A stretch of 18,918 bases of DNA. It comes from Pirellulaceae bacterium (GTDB lineage Bacteria > Planctomycetota > Planctomycetia > Pirellulales > Pirellulaceae). The translations under genes and the position numbers were made by a program. Each line of letters begins with the position of its first letter. Within the stretch, counting starts at the first letter, position 1. The notes under the pieces were generated by a model. That model was not told the DNA's origin. It did not search any database and saw only the letters and a list, made by a program, of their open reading frames with translations. This document shows, in pieces, positions 16,259-18,918 of this stretch. The DNA lies in assembly GCA_030748485.1 (NCBI GenBank), contig JASMLW010000598.1, positions 1 through 18,918 of the forward strand, in the 5' to 3' direction.

Positions 16259-16313
16259 CCTGCCCGGCAGGCAGCACCTACAGCAGGACCTACTGCAGGA
16301 CCTACTGGGACCT
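16259..16313. repeat. Palindrome CCTGCC-c-GGCAGG (16259-16271), then tandem 12-mer CAGGACCTACTG x2.5 (16284-16313), immediately 3' of the regulator stop
   Basis: Seen directly. A possible bidirectional terminator or structure between convergent genes. Confidence 0.6.
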
Positions 16314-16315
16314 GC

Positions 16316-18163
16316 TTACTCTCCTTTGGCGTCCAGTTTGTTGTAGAGGGTGCCGCGGCCGATCTCGAGAATGCGGCAGGCTTTGGTCTTGTTCCCGCCC
16401 ACTTGTTCGAGCACGTAGTGGATGTGCCTCCGCTCGGCCTCGCGCACCGACATCAGTTGCGGTGTCGGATTGGTGTCGCGCTGGTGGACGGGCATCCCCA
16501 GATCCTCCACCGTCACTTCATCGCCGCGGCCGAGCACGATCGCCCGCTCGATGGCGTTCCGCAACTCACGAACGTTGCCAGGCCAGCGATAACTGCGGAT
16601 TCCCTCGACCGCTTCGCGTGAAAACCGCTGGGGTCCGCGTCCCAACTGCGCGCGGAAGTGCTCCAGGAACAACGACGCCAGTTCAATGACGTCGTCGGCG
16701 CGCTCGCGGAGCGGCGGCATCTGGATGTCGATCACGCGGAGACGAAAGTAGAGGTCCTCGCGAAACTCCTTTTGACCGACGAGTTCAACGAGATCTCGGT
16801 GAGTTGCGGCGACGACGCGGACGTCGACCTTGATCGACTCCTCGCCGCCGAGCCGCTGAAAGGGGTGTCCCTCGAGTATCCGCAGCAACTTGGCCTGACA
16901 CGCCAGGCTCATCTCCCCCACTTCGTCCAGGAAGATCGTCCCGCGATGAGCTCGCTCGAATTGTCCGATGTGCCGGCGGTCGGCTCCAGTGAACGTGCCC
17001 ACTTCGTGCCCAAACAACTCGCTCTCCAACAACGACTCGCTAAAGGCGGCGCAGTTGACCGTCACGTAGGGTCCGTCTTTTCGTTCGCTGAGCTCGTGGA
17101 TCGATTGCGCGACCAACTCCTTGCCGGTGCCGCTTTCGCCCAAGACCAGCACGTTCGAACTGGTCGGACCGACGCGGGCGACTTGATCGAGCACGCGTTG
17201 CATCGCTTCGCTCGAGCCCGCCATTTGCGACTTCGAGTCGAGCCGGCGCTTGAGTTCCTCGTTCGCCTGCTCCAAACGCTCGCGATGCTCGACGTTCTCC
17301 AGCGCCGCTCCCATTTGGTGGGCGACGACGACGGCGAAGTCGAGATCGCTGCGAGCAAACGGATCTCGCTCCGGCTGCCGATGGCACTCGATCGCTCCCC
17401 GCACACTCGAACGGCCGGGAATCGGCACGCCGATGCCCGTTCCAACTGACAGAGGCGCGTCAGTGACCGTTTGGTCCTCGCTCCCCTGCGGCTTGTCGAT
17501 CAAGATCGCCTTGTCCTGCTCGACCGCCAGACTCGCCAACACATGCTCGTCGCGCGACTTGCCCCACGACGCGGCGCAACGCAACCGTCCGTCGGTGCCC
17601 GCCAACCAGATCGAGACCGCGTCGGGATCGACGCCGTCGACCAGTGCGTCCAAGGCGCAGCGGACCAACTCCGCCGGCGCCTGTGACTCGTGAAGCAGAT
17701 TGGCGACCCGGCAGAGAACGGCCGAATCTCGGACCACCCGCGATGCGCTGCGGCCCATCTTCTGTTCAACTAGTTTCGAGTGCGGGTCGTCGATCGGCAG
17801 CCGACCCATCATCGTCGTCGGGTGCAGCAATTCGGGCTTGAGAGAACTCGGCTCCTCGCCACCGGAACTCTCCGCAAACAGAATCAAGTGGTCGCCGATG
17901 CGCACCAGGTCCCCCGCCTCCAGCGTCCCCTGTTTGATCGGCTGTGTGTTGACAAAGGTGCCGTTCAAGCTGTCGGCGTCCCGCAGGTGCCAGCTCCCCG
18001 AACGATGGAAAATCTCCGCGTGCAGACGGCTCGCGCGGTCGTCGTCCAGAGGCAGATCACGCGTCGGATGGCGGCCGATCGTGACCGGATCCGGTCGCTC
18101 GGGGTCCAGACGCAACGTCGTCCCCGGATAGGCGCCGTTGAGCAACACAAGTGACCACGACAT
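16316..18163 (-). CDS. Sigma54-dependent transcriptional activator (bacterial enhancer-binding protein) with an N-terminal FHA domain, a central GAF-like domain, an AAA+ sigma54-interaction domain and a C-terminal Fis-type HTH
   Basis: FHA region TIGRHPTRDLPLDDDRASRLHAEIFHRSGSWHLRDADSLNGTFVN. AAA+ region VLVLGESGTGKELVAQ ... ESELFGHEVGTFTGA (GAFTGA variant) ... IFLDEVGEMS ... RVVAATHRDL. HTH region GGNKTKACRILEIGRGTLYNKL. GGGAGG RBS before the ATG at 18163. Confidence 0.9.
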   Translation of the reverse strand: MSWSLVLLNGAYPGTTLRLDPERPDPVTIGRHPTRDLPLDDDRASRLHAEIFHRSGSWHLRDADSLNGTFVNTQPIKQGTLEAGDLVRIGDHLILFAESSGGEEPSSLKPELLHPTTMMGRLPIDDPHSKLVEQKMGRSASRVVRDSAVLCRVANLLHESQAPAELVRCALDALVDGVDPDAVSIWLAGTDGRLRCAASWGKSRDEHVLASLAVEQDKAILIDKPQGSEDQTVTDAPLSVGTGIGVPIPGRSSVRGAIECHRQPERDPFARSDLDFAVVVAHQMGAALENVEHRERLEQANEELKRRLDSKSQMAGSSEAMQRVLDQVARVGPTSSNVLVLGESGTGKELVAQSIHELSERKDGPYVTVNCAAFSESLLESELFGHEVGTFTGADRRHIGQFERAHRGTIFLDEVGEMSLACQAKLLRILEGHPFQRLGGEESIKVDVRVVAATHRDLVELVGQKEFREDLYFRLRVIDIQMPPLRERADDVIELASLFLEHFRAQLGRGPQRFSREAVEGIRSYRWPGNVRELRNAIERAIVLGRGDEVTVEDLGMPVHQRDTNPTPQLMSVREAERRHIHYVLEQVGGNKTKACRILEIGRGTLYNKLDAKGE

Positions 18164-18251
18164 CGATCGCCGCCTCCCAAAATGCCACTTCCAGCCAGCT
18201 TGCTGAAACTGTGTGGATTATAGACTCCCAGCCAGCTAAGTCATCGGAAAA

Positions 18252-18270
18252 GTGTCCAAATTTTGGACAC
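18252..18270. promoter_or_regulatory. Perfect 19-bp palindrome GTGTCCAAA-T-TTTGGACAC, 89-107 bp upstream of the sigma54-activator start codon in a lower-GC divergent region
   Basis: 9-bp arms invert perfectly around a central T/A. Typical geometry of a dimeric HTH operator or a bEBP UAS. Confidence 0.45.
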
Positions 18271-18456
18271 ATCGAGCCGCTACGCTCCCGTTCTCAGTCC
18301 ATTCTTACCTCCGGCGCACCAGTTTCTGACGGTCGCTGCGACCCGGTGTTTCTCTTTTCTGCGCAGACTCCGCCGTCACTAGTAATGTCTTCTATTGATG
18401 CGCTGGATGACCTAGAAGCGCATTGTTTGGAAGCGCTTTCGGCTGAATAATTCTCA

Positions 18457-18481
18457 GCTGGCGGGCACTCGTCAGTTTTTT
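18457..18481 (+). terminator. Rho-independent terminator-like hairpin: CUGGCG-ggcacu-CGUCAG (one G.U pair) followed by U6
   Basis: Seen on the + strand 7 nt after the stop of a 21-codon micro-ORF (18385-18450) and of the 99-aa ORF 18151-18450. No annotated + strand gene ends here, so it is an orphan terminator. Confidence 0.4.
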
Positions 18482-18637
18482 AGTTTCCTTAAATGGTTTG
18501 CTCATAGGTGGTTATGTCATGTCATCAGTTTGCCATGGAGCACTGGTCCGGTCTTTGCAAAGGGAGCGTCGGCACATTTCAGCGGCGTTCGGTCGCAGTC
18601 AAACGAGCAAAGAACAGAGCAACGAAGGGGACCAGCA

Positions 18638-18918
18638 ATGTCCAAACGACGACGAAACCAGCTTCGAGATCTTCGCAAACGAAACCGTTCACGCCAGCGG
18701 CGGCTGCAACTGGAGTCTCTTGAGGACCGCCGGGTGCTCAGTGTCGCACCTCTGCTGGACGGCAATGTGCTGACCATCAACGGGACGGAGGACGACGACA
18801 CGATCACCGCTTGGGTGGAGGGCGAGCTTCTGAAGGTGGACGCCAACGGGGTTGTCTTTGAATACGAAAACAGCAGCGTGTCGCACATCAACATCCACGG
18901 TCACGGAGGCGACGATTT
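18638..18918 (+). CDS. 5' part of a planctomycete secreted protein (runs off the window end): Arg-rich N-terminus with the LESLEDRRVLS motif, then a Ca-binding-like segment (HGHGGDD)
   Basis: This open frame has no stop before the window end and is not in the ORF track. GAAGGGGA RBS upstream of the ATG at 18638. MSKRRRNQLRDLRKRNRSRQRRLQLESLEDRRVLS matches the N-terminal motif common to large secreted Planctomycetes proteins. Confidence 0.6.
   Translation, partial: MSKRRRNQLRDLRKRNRSRQRRLQLESLEDRRVLSVAPLLDGNVLTINGTEDDDTITAWVEGELLKVDANGVVFEYENSSVSHINIHGHGGDD

Noticed and set aside
15834-16689. Plus-strand ORFs 15834-16346, 15964-16689 and 15989-16621 (170-241 aa)
   Set aside because: Their translations are internally repetitive (SNRRAV..GTSIVATLCTMAFRGRRMRVIP..QIRAQRRIKSPRGVEWNVHCRD repeated). 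They merely read through the 124-bp tandem DNA repeats and then run antisense into the sigma54 regulator gene. No RBS, no domains.
18498-18894. ORFs 18498-18773 (+), 18508-18723 (+), 18517-18894 (-) and 18689-18904 (-)
   Set aside because: All overlap, in other frames or strands, the well-supported open frame starting at 18638 (RBS plus the planctomycete signal motif). Their translations are low complexity.
1-18918. Mobile element / genomic island
   Set aside because: No transposase, integrase, tRNA, or terminal inverted repeats flanking a block. GC content is uniform apart from the short regulatory region 18164-18637. The repeats are tandem, not dispersed inverted ends.

Overview
This is a high-GC (about 60%) window from a bacterial chromosome that is almost certainly Planctomycetota, Pirellulales-like. 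Two gene products point that way. One is a giant protein with a dehydrogenase beta-propeller, HEAT repeats and a C-terminal cytochrome c (CxxCH). The other begins MSKRRRNQ...RRLQLESLEDRRVLS, a typical planctomycete secreted-protein N-terminus. No transposases, CRISPR arrays, tRNAs or rRNAs are visible.

Gene content, left to right:
- two copies of a 94-bp element carrying a sigma54-like -24/-12 motif followed by three hairpins (1-252)
- a (TTAGTCA)n microsatellite overlapping a gene stop
- minus-strand genes for a secreted isochorismatase-family hydrolase and the propeller/HEAT/cytochrome c protein (possibly one operon)
- a divergent Na+/H+:dicarboxylate (DAACS/GltP-type) symporter with an unusual ~135-aa acidic loop insertion
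- a tightly packed co-directional module: NfeD-like membrane protein (6654-7298), flotillin/SPFH protein (7301-9427), and a 1,799-aa giant protein with one AAA_5 (MoxR/midasin-type) ATPase module, a long coiled-coil and a polybasic C-terminal tail (9533-14932)
- an acetamidase/formamidase-family gene
- a ~124-bp tandem repeat array in the convergent intergenic space
- a minus-strand FHA-GAF-sigma54-HTH enhancer-binding protein
- a lower-GC divergent control region containing a perfect 19-bp palindrome and an orphan intrinsic terminator
- a truncated secreted Ca-binding-type protein running off the window end

The NfeD-flotillin-giant AAA_5 ATPase module is the most likely candidate for an undescribed system. 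NfeD-flotillin pairing is classical, but I do not recognise a giant single-AAA_5 partner. The repeats at both ends share a TGGAACGT / sigma54-like core and sit next to a sigma54 activator gene, so they also deserve follow-up. Most long antisense ORFs in the six-frame track are GC-driven artefacts.
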